This document shows, piece after piece, positions 9,969-20,097 of a DNA stretch of 53,439 nt (position 1 is its first letter; each line of letters begins with the position of its first letter). A program made the position numbers and the translations under genes. The notes under the pieces were generated by a model that had not been told where the DNA came from, did no database searches, and saw only the letters and a program-made list of their open reading frames with translations. Origin of the DNA: Thermoanaerobaculia bacterium (GTDB taxonomy: Bacteria; Acidobacteriota; Thermoanaerobaculia; Multivoradales; UBA5704); the NCBI GenBank assembly GCA_044226625.1, contig JBGAGQ010000042.1, positions 1 through 53,439 of the forward strand, written 5' to 3'.

Positions 9969-10110
9969 GCCCCCTCCTCGATCCTTCCCCACAAGCGCGG
10001 GAGGAAGCCCGGCGGAACCTCCAGCTGTGCCCTCAAACGCGCTCGTAATTCCAAAGACCTCCGCCGAAGAGTCCCTCCCCCCGCCCGCGGGGGGAGGCCA
10101 GGAGGGGGGC
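9969..10110. repeat. Pair of inverted REP-like GC-rich palindromic elements between convergent genes
   Basis: Perfect 11-bp stem CCTCCCCCCGC-CC-GCGGGGGGAGG (10074-10097) plus tail GGAGGGGGGC; degenerate reverse copy at ~9969-10007. Confidence 0.6.
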
Positions 10111-10115
10111 CGCTT

Positions 10116-11579
10116 CTACCCCTCCCCGTCCGGCTTCTTCGTGACGTCCCTGAGCGCCGGGAGCTGCGCCATCAACTTCCGTAGGTCGATCCCCGACAGC
10201 CCTTCGATCACCGCCGGCAGCTCTGCGACCATCTTCGCCACGTCGCCGGTGAGCTTCGAGGCGCCGACTCCGTCGCCGCCGGTCGAGACCATGGTGATCC
10301 GATCGGTCTTAGAAAGCGGCTCGGCGACCGCCCGGGCGATCTCCGGGAGCGAGCCGATGAGGAGCTGCAGGACGGCGGCCTGGTTGTATTCCTTGAAGGA
10401 GTCGGCGCGCTTCTTCATCGCCTCGGCTTCGGCCGTGCCCTTGAGCGCGATGATCTCGGCCTCCGCGGTGCCGGTGACCCGCAGCACCTCGGCCTGCGCG
10501 CTGCCCCTGGCGCGGGCAGCCTCCGCCTGACCTTTGGCTTCCTGCTCGACGCGGGCGCGGTTGGCCGTCGCCTCCGTCTCGATCTTGTAGCGCTCGGCGT
10601 CGGCTTGGCGCTTCACCGTCGCCTCGAGCTCCTTTTCGCGACGCTGGATCTCGCGCTCCTGGACGTTGATCTGCTGTTCCTTTTCGACGATCGAGACCTG
10701 GATCTCTTCCTTCTTGAGCTCCTGGGAGGTCTTCGCCTTCTGGATGTCGTAGGCGAGGTCGGCCTCGGCGCGCTTGATGTTCACCGCCCCGTCGTATTGC
10801 GCCTTCTGCGTCTCATAGTCGCGCTGCGCCGCGGCGATCTGGGTGTCGGCGGCGAACTTCGCGACGTCGCCGAGCTGGCGCGCCTGCGCCGATTTGATGT
10901 TGGCGTCCCGGTCCGCTTCGGCCTGGGCGATCACCGCGTCGCGCTTGATCTCGGCGATCTTCGGCTTGCCAAGGGCGTCGAGGTAGCCGTGACTGTCGCG
11001 GATGTCTTTGAGCGTAAACGAGACGACCTGGAGCCCCATGTTCTGGAGGTCGGCGACCGCCACCTCTTGGACCGACGCGGCAAATTGGTCGCGGTTGCGA
11101 TAAATCTCCTCGACGGTGAGGGTGCCGATGATCGCGCGCAAGTGCCCTTCGACCGTCTGCCGGGCGATGTCTTTGATCTCCGGAATTCCCTTGCCGAGGA
11201 ACTGCTCCGCGGCGGTGCGGATCGACGCCTCGTCGCCTTTGATCTTGACCTGGGCGACCGCTTCGACCACGACCGGAACGCCCGGCTTGGTGTAGACCTC
11301 TGGGGTCGTGATGTCGAGCGTCATCACCTGGAGCGACAGCAGGTCGACCCGCTCGAGAAGCGGGAAGATGAACGCGCCGCCGCCGGTCCGGATGCGGAAG
11401 CCGGTGGTCTCCGTTTGGCCCCCCGCGGTCTGGATCTTGTGCTTGCGACCCGAGATGATCATGACCTCGTTCGGGCCGACCTTCTTGTACCGCTTCGCGA
11501 TCGCGATCAGAAGGATGAAGAAGACGAGCGGAACGACGAAGAAGACGAAGACCGCCGCGACGGTGCCGTAGTTTTCCAT
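10116..11579 (-). CDS. Flotillin-like SPFH-domain membrane protein
   Basis: N-terminal TM helix, GGGAFIFP, AAEQFLGK, EGHLRAIIG, AEA-rich coiled coil. Confidence 0.93.
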   Translation of the reverse strand: MENYGTVAAVFVFFVVPLVFFILLIAIAKRYKKVGPNEVMIISGRKHKIQTAGGQTETTGFRIRTGGGAFIFPLLERVDLLSLQVMTLDITTPEVYTKPGVPVVVEAVAQVKIKGDEASIRTAAEQFLGKGIPEIKDIARQTVEGHLRAIIGTLTVEEIYRNRDQFAASVQEVAVADLQNMGLQVVSFTLKDIRDSHGYLDALGKPKIAEIKRDAVIAQAEADRDANIKSAQARQLGDVAKFAADTQIAAAQRDYETQKAQYDGAVNIKRAEADLAYDIQKAKTSQELKKEEIQVSIVEKEQQINVQEREIQRREKELEATVKRQADAERYKIETEATANRARVEQEAKGQAEAARARGSAQAEVLRVTGTAEAEIIALKGTAEAEAMKKRADSFKEYNQAAVLQLLIGSLPEIARAVAEPLSKTDRITMVSTGGDGVGASKLTGDVAKMVAELPAVIEGLSGIDLRKLMAQLPALRDVTKKPDGEG

Positions 11580-11600
11580 GGACCGATCTCCTCGGAGCCG

Positions 11601-12170
11601 CTAGGCCTGCGGCCGGACGTAGAGCGTGTTGCCGAGCGTTTTTTCGATCACGACGAGGCGGCCTTTGGGAACCGCCGAGCCATCGAGGGCGCGCGCGGGC
11701 GAGTTCTCGCGCCGGCCGCGCACCTGATAGGCCACCTCCCCGGTCCCTCCGGCGGGGATGGCGGTGATCACCTCCGCCTCGCGCCCGGCGGTCTCGCTCA
11801 CGCTGTACTCGCTCCCGCCCTGGGTCTGCTTGAACAGCCAATCGAGCGCGAGATACGCGGCGAACGCCAGGATCAACCCCGAGCCCGACGCGACGAGAAG
11901 CCCCGGAACGGTTCCGAGGCCGAGCAGGTAGTGGGCGACGATGCCGCCGCCGCCGAACCCGGTGACGAACGTCGCCGCGGTCGTCCCCGTGATCGGATGT
12001 GCATGGCTTGCATCGACCGAATCGAGATGCCCGGCAAAGTCGTGCCCGCCGACGTCGACGTGCACGTCGGCACCTCCGATCAGGTCGGAAAGCCAGCCGA
12101 ACACCCCGGTCATCAAGGCGTAGACGACTCCCAACCCCAAGAGGCAGATGTAGATCAGACCGACGCTCAT
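11601..12170 (-). CDS. NfeD-like membrane protein (flotillin partner)
   Basis: Start at MSVGLIYICLLG (ATG 12170, GGAGG RBS); TM helices, then OB-fold GREAEVITAIPAGGTGEV. Confidence 0.85.
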   Translation of the reverse strand: MSVGLIYICLLGLGVVYALMTGVFGWLSDLIGGADVHVDVGGHDFAGHLDSVDASHAHPITGTTAATFVTGFGGGGIVAHYLLGLGTVPGLLVASGSGLILAFAAYLALDWLFKQTQGGSEYSVSETAGREAEVITAIPAGGTGEVAYQVRGRRENSPARALDGSAVPKGRLVVIEKTLGNTLYVRPQA

Positions 12171-12347
12171 GGCCACCTCCTTGACGACCCGGCTGTAGAG
12201 GCGAAGTGGGAAGGGAAGTTTATCGCAGAGGCCGTGGACCGCCGCGCTGGGCGCGATCGGGCCGGCTGTTGGGTTGCGATGACGCCAACAGCCTGGGGGG
12301 CGACCTGCGTCAGTGGTAGGATAATATGTCGGAGGAAAAATCGGATC

Positions 12348-12596
12348 ATGCCAAAAGCCAAGGTTTCCGTGACGATCGAGGGTTCTCTTCTCACCCAGAT
12401 TGATCAGATGGCGCATGGGGCGAGCCGCAGCGAGGTGGTCGAGAACGCCTTGGCCGGATGGCTGCGGGATCGCCGCCGCGAGAAACTCGAAGAAGAGATT
12501 GAGCTTTACTATCGCTCCCTCACCGTCGCCGAGCGCGAGGAAGACGCCGAATGGGCGGAGCTCTCGGGCCAAGTTCTCGGTGAATCCTGGCGATGA
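12348..12596 (+). CDS. Ribbon-helix-helix antitoxin (MazE-like partner)
   Basis: MPKAKVSVTIEGSLL...SRSEVVENAL with an acidic C-terminus; ATGA overlap with the toxin. Confidence 0.85.
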   Translation: MPKAKVSVTIEGSLLTQIDQMAHGASRSEVVENALAGWLRDRRREKLEEEIELYYRSLTVAEREEDAEWAELSGQVLGESWR

Positions 12597-12937
12597 ACGT
12601 CAATCCGCTCCGGGGGTGCCTCTACTGGGTGAAGATTCCCAGCGAGCCCGGGGGGAAAATTCGGCCGGCCCTCGTCGTTTCGGTTGAGGCTCGCAATCGC
12701 TTGGCGAGCGACGTGCTCGTGATTCCGGCCACCACCACCCTGCACCCAGCACCGACTCATGTGCGATTGAACAAGGGCGCAGGCGGCGTGCCCATGGATT
12801 CCGTACTGAAATGCGAGCAGATCACGACGCTCCCCAAGCACCTGCTCAGCGAAACAGCCCTCGGCGGCCCACTCTCGGGCGCGCTCCTGGAAGAGGTTGA
12901 GCGAGGCGTGCTGCGCGCGATCGGAGTCGCGATCTAA
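12593..12937 (+). CDS. mazF: PemK/MazF-family endoribonuclease toxin
   Basis: RGCLYWV, KIRPALVVS, VIPATT, SVLKCEQITT. Confidence 0.92.
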   Translation: MNVNPLRGCLYWVKIPSEPGGKIRPALVVSVEARNRLASDVLVIPATTTLHPAPTHVRLNKGAGGVPMDSVLKCEQITTLPKHLLSETALGGPLSGALLEEVERGVLRAIGVAI

Positions 12938-13070
12938 CGTTATGGTGCTGGTCCGAAGCGTCGACGCCTCTTCGCGGTCGAAACCAAGAACGAGATCTGA
13001 CCCTCAGCCCAGGCCAACGGCCTGAGTTGCGATCTATCCGACGGCCTGGGGCACGACCGATCGAGCGACG

Positions 13071-13541
13071 CTACGAATCCAGATCGAAATCCTCCCCGTT
13101 CGCGCCGAGCTCGCTCACCACCGCACCGATCGACCGTCGCGAAAACCCCTTGGCCGCGAGGTGCCGCGCGAGCGCGCTTGGATCTCTCTTGCCGCGGCGC
13201 GACCACCTGGCGGCGGCTTCTCGCGCGGCATCGAGGTCGTCGTCGGGGATTTCGGAGAGGGCCGCAGCGACCGCCACGGAGGGCGCGCCGCGGCGCTCCA
13301 GCTCGGCTTTCAGCTTGAGCTTGCCCTCGGCACCTCGGGCGAGGCGTTGGGCGACGAAGGAGCGAGCGGTCGCGGGGTCGTCGAGGTAGCCTGCCCGCTC
13401 GAGCCGGTCGAGCGCGGGAGTGATTTCGTCTTCGGGGTAAGAGCGGGCCGCGAGCTTTTGTTCGAGCTCGCGGCGAAAGTGGGGACGGGAACCGAGCAGG
13501 CGGACCGCCTGCTCGTAGGCGGGCGGTTTCTCGCGGCTCAT
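13071..13541 (-). CDS. recX: Regulatory protein RecX
   Basis: AVRLLGSRPHFRRELEQKL, GYLDD, LKAELERRG, LAAKGFS. Confidence 0.88.
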   Translation of the reverse strand: MSREKPPAYEQAVRLLGSRPHFRRELEQKLAARSYPEDEITPALDRLERAGYLDDPATARSFVAQRLARGAEGKLKLKAELERRGAPSVAVAAALSEIPDDDLDAAREAAARWSRRGKRDPSALARHLAAKGFSRRSIGAVVSELGANGEDFDLDS

Positions 13542-13572
13542 GCGGCTTTGCCGTCGATCGCCCGTGCGCGGG

Positions 13573-14742
13573 TCAGTTGTGTTCGATCTCGAACGAGGCC
13601 GCGCCGAGCAGGTCGTTTTCGGGCGCGAGCTCGATCGACTCCTCCATCTGCTCGCGCGAGATGTCCGCGGTGAACTGCACGCCCTGGATCTTGAGCTTGA
13701 ACTCGTCCGGGTTCGAGGCGCGACGGAGCGCCTCTTCGAGCGTGATCAGACCGCCCTTGTAGAGCTGAAACAGCGACTGGTCGAAGGTCTGCATCCCGTA
13801 CTGGCTGGTGCCGCCCGCAATCTGCTCGCGGATGAACTTGGTCTTCTCCTTGTTCTCGATGCAGTCGCGAATGTAGGGGGTCGAGATCATCACCTCGACC
13901 GCCGGCACTCGGCCGATGCCGTCGGCGCGCGGCAGCAGGCGCAGCGAGACGACCGCCTTCAAGACCGCCGAGAGCTGGATGCGGATCTGCTTCTGATGGT
14001 GCGGCGGGAAGACCGAGATGATTCGGTTGATGGTCTCCGTCGCGTCCAAGGTGTGGAGGGTCGAGAAGACCAAATGGCCCGTCTCGGCCGCGAGCAGTGC
14101 GGTCTCGATCGTCTCGTAGTCGCGCATCTCGCCGACCAGGATGACGTCGGGGTCCTGACGGAGGGCGGCGCGTAGCGCGCCCGAAAACGCGCGCGTGTCG
14201 ACGTCGATCTCGCGCTGGTTGACGATCGATTTCTTGTCGCGATGGAGGAACTCGATCGGGTCCTCGATCGTCATGATGTGCTCGGAGCGGCCCGCGTTGA
14301 TCGAGTCGAGCATCGCGGCGAGCGTGGTCGACTTGCCCGAACCGGTGGTACCCGTGCAGAGGATCAGACCGCGGCGCTCCTCGCAGATCCGTTCGAGCAC
14401 CGGTGGCAGCATCAGCTCGCGCATCGTCTGGATGCGCGCCGGGATGACGCGGAGCACCATGCCCACGGCACCACGCTGCTGGAAGACGTTGCAGCGGAAA
14501 CGGCCGAGGCCCGGGACGGAGTAAGCGATGTCGAGCTCGTACTCTTCCTTGAACCGCTGCTTCTGGCGGGCGTTCATGATCGAGAACGCCATCGCGATCG
14601 TGTCTTCCTGGAGCAGTCGCTTCAGGTCGGCAAGTGCGATCAGGTCGCCGTCGACGCGGATCACCGGGTGGCTGCCCACCTTCAAGTGAAGGTCGGACGA
14701 CTTACGCTCGACCGCGATCTTGAGCAGATCGTTGATGTTCAT
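13573..14742 (-). CDS. pilT: Type IV pilus retraction ATPase, PilT/PilU family
   Basis: GTTGSGKSTT, TIEDPIE, LRQDPDVILVGEMRD, ETGHLVFSTLHT, GMQTFDQSL; AIRNLIRE replaced by YIRDCIEN, so possibly a paralogue. Confidence 0.9.
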   Translation of the reverse strand: MNINDLLKIAVERKSSDLHLKVGSHPVIRVDGDLIALADLKRLLQEDTIAMAFSIMNARQKQRFKEEYELDIAYSVPGLGRFRCNVFQQRGAVGMVLRVIPARIQTMRELMLPPVLERICEERRGLILCTGTTGSGKSTTLAAMLDSINAGRSEHIMTIEDPIEFLHRDKKSIVNQREIDVDTRAFSGALRAALRQDPDVILVGEMRDYETIETALLAAETGHLVFSTLHTLDATETINRIISVFPPHHQKQIRIQLSAVLKAVVSLRLLPRADGIGRVPAVEVMISTPYIRDCIENKEKTKFIREQIAGGTSQYGMQTFDQSLFQLYKGGLITLEEALRRASNPDEFKLKIQGVQFTADISREQMEESIELAPENDLLGAASFEIEHN

Positions 14743-14758
14743 GGGCAGCTCGCTCCGC

Positions 14759-15751
14759 TCAGGCGACCGTCGCCGCCGCTTCGACCGGCATCGCCTCGGC
14801 CGGGCTCGCTTCGCCCGCTCCGGCGACTGCGTGGAGCCAGCCGTGGCGGTCGGGCGTCTCGCCGGTGATGATGCGCCGGAACTCGGCCATCAGCCGTCGC
14901 GTGACGTCGCCGGGACGTCCGGCGCCCACCTGGATCCGATCGACCGTGCGAATCGGCGTGATCTCGGCCGCGGTCCCGGTGAAGAACAGCTCGTCGCAGA
15001 CGTAGAGGAGGCTCCGCGGGATCGTCTCTTCTTGGACCGGAATGCCGAGGTCACCGGCGAGAGCCGTCACCGTGTCGCGGGTGATGCCGGCGAGGATCGA
15101 GGAGGCGACCGGCGGCGTCAGCAGCACGCCGTCCTGGACCAGGAAGAGGTTCTCCCCGGATCCCTCGCTCACGTATCCCGCGGTGTCGAGCGCAATCGCC
15201 TCGTGGAAGCCGCCGAGGACCGCTTCCATCTTGATGAGGCCGGCGTTCATGTAGTTTCCGGTCGCCTTGGAGATCGCCGGCACCGAATCCTGCGACGGAC
15301 GCCGCCAAGAGGAGACGCAGACGTCGACCCCTTTTTCGAGCGCCTCCTCCCCGAGGTAGGTCCCCCAGGGCCAGACGCCGATCGCAACCTCCACGGGCGA
15401 TTTGAGCGGATTGACCCCCATCGGCCCGAAGCCTCGGAAGGCGATCGGCCGGATGTAGCAGGCTTCGAGCCCGTTCGCCCGGATCGTCTCGTCGACTGCG
15501 GCCACCAACTCCGCCGCCGAGAACGGCAGATCCATCCGGCAGATCTTCGCCGAATGGACGAGCCGATCCACGTGCTCCGCGAGGCGAAACACCGCCGAGC
15601 CCGCTCGCGTCCGGTAACACCGGATTCCTTCGAACACGCCGGTGCCGTAATGCAGGGCGTGGGTCATGACCGGAACGGTGGCTTTTTCGAACTCCACCAG
15701 CCGGCCGTTCATCCAAACCCAGCGGATACCTTCGAACGGATGGTTCGCCAT
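14759..15751 (-). CDS. ilvE: Branched-chain amino acid aminotransferase
   Basis: HALHYGTGVFEGIR, KATGNY, EGSGENLF, ILAGITR, FFTGTAAEITP. Confidence 0.96.
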   Translation of the reverse strand: MANHPFEGIRWVWMNGRLVEFEKATVPVMTHALHYGTGVFEGIRCYRTRAGSAVFRLAEHVDRLVHSAKICRMDLPFSAAELVAAVDETIRANGLEACYIRPIAFRGFGPMGVNPLKSPVEVAIGVWPWGTYLGEEALEKGVDVCVSSWRRPSQDSVPAISKATGNYMNAGLIKMEAVLGGFHEAIALDTAGYVSEGSGENLFLVQDGVLLTPPVASSILAGITRDTVTALAGDLGIPVQEETIPRSLLYVCDELFFTGTAAEITPIRTVDRIQVGAGRPGDVTRRLMAEFRRIITGETPDRHGWLHAVAGAGEASPAEAMPVEAAATVA

Positions 15752-15848
15752 GGCGGGCCCCCTTGGGGAATGCGGACAGAGGTCCTGAGCGGGCGATCGT
15801 AGCCCAAGGGGGGGTGGGTGTCCATGACGCTCCGCGGCGTCAGGGATG

Positions 15849-16568
15849 TCACCCGAGGCGGGGTTCGAGCAGCGCCAGCGCCGCCCCGGCGACCGCCGCG
15901 GTCTCGATCCTCAGAATGCGCGAACCGAGCGCCCGCGGCTCGAACCCGAGCGCGTGGGCCTCCCGGAGCTCACCGTCCGAAAAACCACCCTCGGGACCGA
16001 CCAGCAACGCCGCCTTCCCCCCGGCGTCTACGGCGAAAGCGCCCGGAGCTCCGCCCGGATCGAGCAGCCAACGGGTGTCGCAGCCGGTCCCGAGCGATTC
16101 GAGCCGGTCCCAGCGGTGTGGGCCGTCGATCATGGGAAGGCGCGCCCCGTGGGACTGCTCGAGGGCGGAGACCGCGATCCGGCGGAGGCGTTCGAGCGCG
16201 CCCGAGCCGAATTCGCGCGGCGCGCGCTCCATCTGAAGGAAGCGGACGGCGGCCGCCCCCAACTCGGTAGCCTTTTCGATCAGCCAGGCGGACCGCTCCG
16301 GGCGCAGCGTCGGCACCAGCAGGGTGAGGCGCACCGCCGGCTCGTTTGCCGGCATGATCTCCACCGGCTCGACCGGTGCGATCCAGCCCGCCTTCCGGTC
16401 GATCCGCGCGATCTTCGCCGCCCGCGCATTTCCTTCGCCGTCGACCAGCCGGATGGATTCCCCCACTTCGGCGCGGCGGGCGCGAAACAGGTGGCGGTAG
16501 GTCTCCCCTTCGACCAGGATTTCCCGGCCGGAGGCGAAATCCTGGGGAGCGACGACGAGGGTGATCAA
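15849..16568 (-). CDS. rsmE: 16S rRNA (uracil-1498-N3)-methyltransferase RsmE
   Basis: TTG start overlapping the prmA stop; IEKATELG, LVGPEGGFS, LGSRILRIETAA. Confidence 0.92.
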   Translation of the reverse strand: MITLVVAPQDFASGREILVEGETYRHLFRARRAEVGESIRLVDGEGNARAAKIARIDRKAGWIAPVEPVEIMPANEPAVRLTLLVPTLRPERSAWLIEKATELGAAAVRFLQMERAPREFGSGALERLRRIAVSALEQSHGARLPMIDGPHRWDRLESLGTGCDTRWLLDPGGAPGAFAVDAGGKAALLVGPEGGFSDGELREAHALGFEPRALGSRILRIETAAVAGAALALLEPRLG

Positions 16569-17443
16569 GCCGCCGCCGAAACGAGGCGGAACGCGACCCA
16601 TTCGTTGGCGACCCTTCGGGCGCGCTCGACGAGCCCCAGCGCGCCGACCCAATGCAGGATCTCGTCCCCCCGTTCGGTGAGGATGCCGGAAAAGATCAGC
16701 TCGCCCCCGGGCGCGAGCCGGTCCGCGACCGCCGGAAGCTCGGCCTCGATCTCCTCGGGGAGGACGTTCAAGAGCAGCAGATCAAAGCGGGATCGCGGAT
16801 GCGGCGGGGCGACGAGCGCCGACAGGCGCCCGGCGAAGTGGAGCGGGAACAATCCGTTCAAGCGGCTGTTGTCGCGAGCGTGGATCGGCGCACCGGGATC
16901 GACGTCGAACGCGACGGCGGCTCGGGCGCCGAAGCGGAGCGCGGCGAGCGACAACACCGCGGTTCCGGCGCCGATCTCGAGCGCCGAACGGCCCGTGACG
17001 CCCCCCTCCGCGGCGAGGTCCTCGAGCAGCTCGAGCGCCAACCGCGTCGACTCGTGGCTACCAACGCCGAATGCCGAGCGAGCGGGGAGACGCAGGAGGT
17101 GGCGCCCCTCCGGGACTTCCGACGGAGCCTCGTCCGGCTCCCGGGGGTCGAGCCAGAGCCGATGTCCCACGGCGAACGGCACGGCGCTCTCTCGGTACCT
17201 GGCGAGCCAGTCGACCGCGGGAACCCTCTCTTCGCCAAGGGATTCGACCGCCTCGCCGAGGCTGGCGCTCAGCTCGGCGAGGTCGGGTTCCGGCGTGGCA
17301 TCGTCGAAATAGGCCTCGATGCGAACGGCATCCCGGTCGAGGGGTTTGATCTCCACGCCCAAAGTGCCGGCCGACCAAAGCTCCGCCGTGAACAGCTCCT
17401 CGAGCTGTGCGGGCACCCGGTAGAAACGGCGGATCTCAGCCAT
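16565..17443 (-). CDS. prmA: 50S ribosomal protein L11 methyltransferase
   Basis: AFGVGSHESTRL, LEIGAGTAVLS, LIFSGIL; canonical prmA-rsmE pairing. Confidence 0.88.
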   Translation of the reverse strand: MAEIRRFYRVPAQLEELFTAELWSAGTLGVEIKPLDRDAVRIEAYFDDATPEPDLAELSASLGEAVESLGEERVPAVDWLARYRESAVPFAVGHRLWLDPREPDEAPSEVPEGRHLLRLPARSAFGVGSHESTRLALELLEDLAAEGGVTGRSALEIGAGTAVLSLAALRFGARAAVAFDVDPGAPIHARDNSRLNGLFPLHFAGRLSALVAPPHPRSRFDLLLLNVLPEEIEAELPAVADRLAPGGELIFSGILTERGDEILHWVGALGLVERARRVANEWVAFRLVSAAA

Positions 17444-17485
17444 CGTCAGGTTCTTCGACCGCGCTTTCGAAGCGCGCGGACCTTT

Positions 17486-19951
17486 CTATCGATTGCGGTC
17501 CGGAGGCGGCTCTCCGTCGCCCGAATCGGCGGGCGGCGGCGAGGGATTGCGGTTCGTGCCGCCGAAGACCTCGCGCAGCCAACGCCGGAACGGATGCCCG
17601 CGGTCCGCGGAAACCTCGCCGGCGTCCTCGCCGTCGAGCGGTTGGCCGTCCTCGTCGTAGCCGCTGGTCGAATCCCAACCGGTGTGGCGATCGCAGAGCT
17701 GCGACGGCACCTTCCCGGCGGGGAAGACCTCGGTGATCGCGGTCGGGCAATACTCGGTCGCGAGCGCCCCGGTGGTCGGATCGATCATCGCCGTCCGCAG
17801 GCCCGGGGGCGACTTGAACGCCGGATAGCCCGCGGGCCCCTTGACCGCATAGGTGAACCGGGCCCAGATCGGCAAAGCGCCACGCGCGCCGGATAGGCGC
17901 GTCGGAGAGTTGTCGTCGAACCCGACCCAGACGACCGTGGCACGGTTGGTCGAATAGCCGCCGAACCAGGCGTCACGCCGGTCGTTGGTGGTGCCGGTCT
18001 TGCCGGCGAGCGCCCCCTCGATTCCCTGGGCGCGCACACCGTAGCCCGTCCCCCGATCGATCACGCCTTGGAGGAGCGTCGTGACGAGGTAGGCCGACTG
18101 TGGCGAGATCACCCGCTCGGGCGCCACGAGCGCCTCGCCTTCGACCGGTTTGCCGAACCGATCGAACACCGCGTCCAGACCGTGGATCTCCGGCCGTACC
18201 CCTCCCGCGGCGAGCGTCGCGTAAACCCGGAGCAACTCGACCGGCGAGACCGAGGTCGCGCCGAGGGCCACCGCCGGGAAAGGGTCCATCTCGGCCTCGA
18301 CCCCCATCTTGTGGGCGAGCGCCACGACGTGGTCCATGCCGACCTGGAGCGCGATCCGGGTGGTCGCCGGGTTGTAGCTGTGCTCGAGGGCCCGGCGGAC
18401 CGTCACCCAACCGTGGAAGCTGCCGTCGTCGTTCCGCGGGCTCCACGGCTTGCCCGCCATGTCGATCGTCAGCGGCGAATCCTCGACGAAAGAAGCGGGG
18501 GTCCCCTTACCCGATTCGAACAGCTGGGCGTAGACGATCGGCTTGAACGCGCTGCCGGGCTGACGTTTCGCCTGGCTCGCGCGGTCGAACTGGCTGCGGG
18601 TGTAGCTCCGCCCGCCGACGTAGGCGAGCAGGCCGCCGGTCGCCGGATCGACGGAGACAAGCGCGCCCTGGAGCGGATCCTTGCTCTCCCCCTGCGGTCC
18701 CTTGGCTTCGAGGTCGGCCAGACCGTTTTCGACCGCGGACTGGGCCGCGCGTTGGTCGGAAAGGTCGAGCGTCGAATAGAGGGCGAACCCGGCATCTGAA
18801 AGATCGCTGATGCGGAACCGCCGCTCGACCTCGTGGGTCATCGCGTCGCTGAAATAGGGCGCACGGCGCCGGGTCGGAGGCTCCGGCTCGGCGACCACCG
18901 GCGAGGCGATCGCCCGTTCCACCCGCTCCGGCTCGGCGAGGCCGAGCTCTTGAAGCCTGCCGAGAACCCAGTCGCGACGCTGTTTGCAGCGGTCCGGATG
19001 GGAGATCGGCGAGTACGGGGCGGGCGACTGAATCATGCCGGCGAGCGTCGCCGCCTCGGCGAGATCGAGATCGCGCGCGTCCTTGCCGAAGAACGCGCGC
19101 GCCGCCGCGCCCACCCCGAGCACCGAAACGCCCCCGCTCGACCCGAGGTAGATCTCATTCAGGTACGACTCGAGGATCTCCTTCTTGTCGTAACGGACCT
19201 CCATGAGAACCGCGAGGATCGCTTCCTGGGCCTTGCGTCCGAGCGAGCGCTTCTGGGTGAGGAAGATGTTCTTGACCAGCTGCTGGGTGAGGGTGCTCCC
19301 CCCTTGGCGAATCCCATGACCGCGGACGTTCACCCAAACCGCCCGGGCGACGCCGCGTACGGAGATCCCGGCGTGCTCGAAGAAGCTGTCGTCCTCGGCC
19401 GCGAGCACCGCGTTCACCAGATCTTGGGGCACCTGCTCGAGCCGCAGCGGCCGGCGCTCTTCGAGCTTGGGTCCATAGTAGGAGGCCACCAGAGGGGGTT
19501 CTAGGATCACCTCGTCGACCGGACGGCCGTCCCGGGTGATCGAGACCACGCGCGATTGCGCCGTCCGGATGTCGAACCGAGCGCCGCCGCGCTCGCCCAC
19601 CGGCGTCGGAAAGTAGCGCAGGTGGACCTCGAGCCGATCCCCCTTGCGCCGATAGCGGCCCGAGGCGAGAGGTCCGTCGCCCCCGACGGAGCGATAACCC
19701 GCCGCGCGGAGCTCCGTCACCGCGCGATCGAGGCTGCAGGAGCCCCCTTTCTCGAGCCGGTCGATCCGCGCGTAGAGCCGCGAGGGCTGGCGAAGGACCA
19801 TGTCGCCGAATCGACCGACCATCCGCCAGAAAGGAAGGAACGCGAGCAGGACGACCACGAACAGGCCCAGGGCCCCCCAAAGCACGCGCTTCCGGCGCCA
19901 GAACCTCGGCGGAGCGGCGTTCGGCGGGACGGTGGGAGGAGCGGAGGGCAT
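17486..19951 (-). CDS. mrcB: Class A penicillin-binding protein (PBP1b-type)
   Basis: TM anchor, UB2H-like region, AAEDDSFFEH, GGSTLTQQLVKN, QPGSAFK, SYN, KTGT. Confidence 0.88.
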   Translation of the reverse strand: MPSAPPTVPPNAAPPRFWRRKRVLWGALGLFVVVLLAFLPFWRMVGRFGDMVLRQPSRLYARIDRLEKGGSCSLDRAVTELRAAGYRSVGGDGPLASGRYRRKGDRLEVHLRYFPTPVGERGGARFDIRTAQSRVVSITRDGRPVDEVILEPPLVASYYGPKLEERRPLRLEQVPQDLVNAVLAAEDDSFFEHAGISVRGVARAVWVNVRGHGIRQGGSTLTQQLVKNIFLTQKRSLGRKAQEAILAVLMEVRYDKKEILESYLNEIYLGSSGGVSVLGVGAAARAFFGKDARDLDLAEAATLAGMIQSPAPYSPISHPDRCKQRRDWVLGRLQELGLAEPERVERAIASPVVAEPEPPTRRRAPYFSDAMTHEVERRFRISDLSDAGFALYSTLDLSDQRAAQSAVENGLADLEAKGPQGESKDPLQGALVSVDPATGGLLAYVGGRSYTRSQFDRASQAKRQPGSAFKPIVYAQLFESGKGTPASFVEDSPLTIDMAGKPWSPRNDDGSFHGWVTVRRALEHSYNPATTRIALQVGMDHVVALAHKMGVEAEMDPFPAVALGATSVSPVELLRVYATLAAGGVRPEIHGLDAVFDRFGKPVEGEALVAPERVISPQSAYLVTTLLQGVIDRGTGYGVRAQGIEGALAGKTGTTNDRRDAWFGGYSTNRATVVWVGFDDNSPTRLSGARGALPIWARFTYAVKGPAGYPAFKSPPGLRTAMIDPTTGALATEYCPTAITEVFPAGKVPSQLCDRHTGWDSTSGYDEDGQPLDGEDAGEVSADRGHPFRRWLREVFGGTNRNPSPPPADSGDGEPPPDRNR

Positions 19952-20097
19952 GGACCGGCTGGGAGCCTAGCAGGTCCGCCCGCGGGAGGCCACGCGGGGA
20001 CGGGGTGAGCCGCGGAGGCCTCGTGGAATCCCAGCCTGGATCCGCCCGGATCCGGCGTTGATTCCACAGGCCTCCGCGGGTCTCGGGTCGCACTCGA

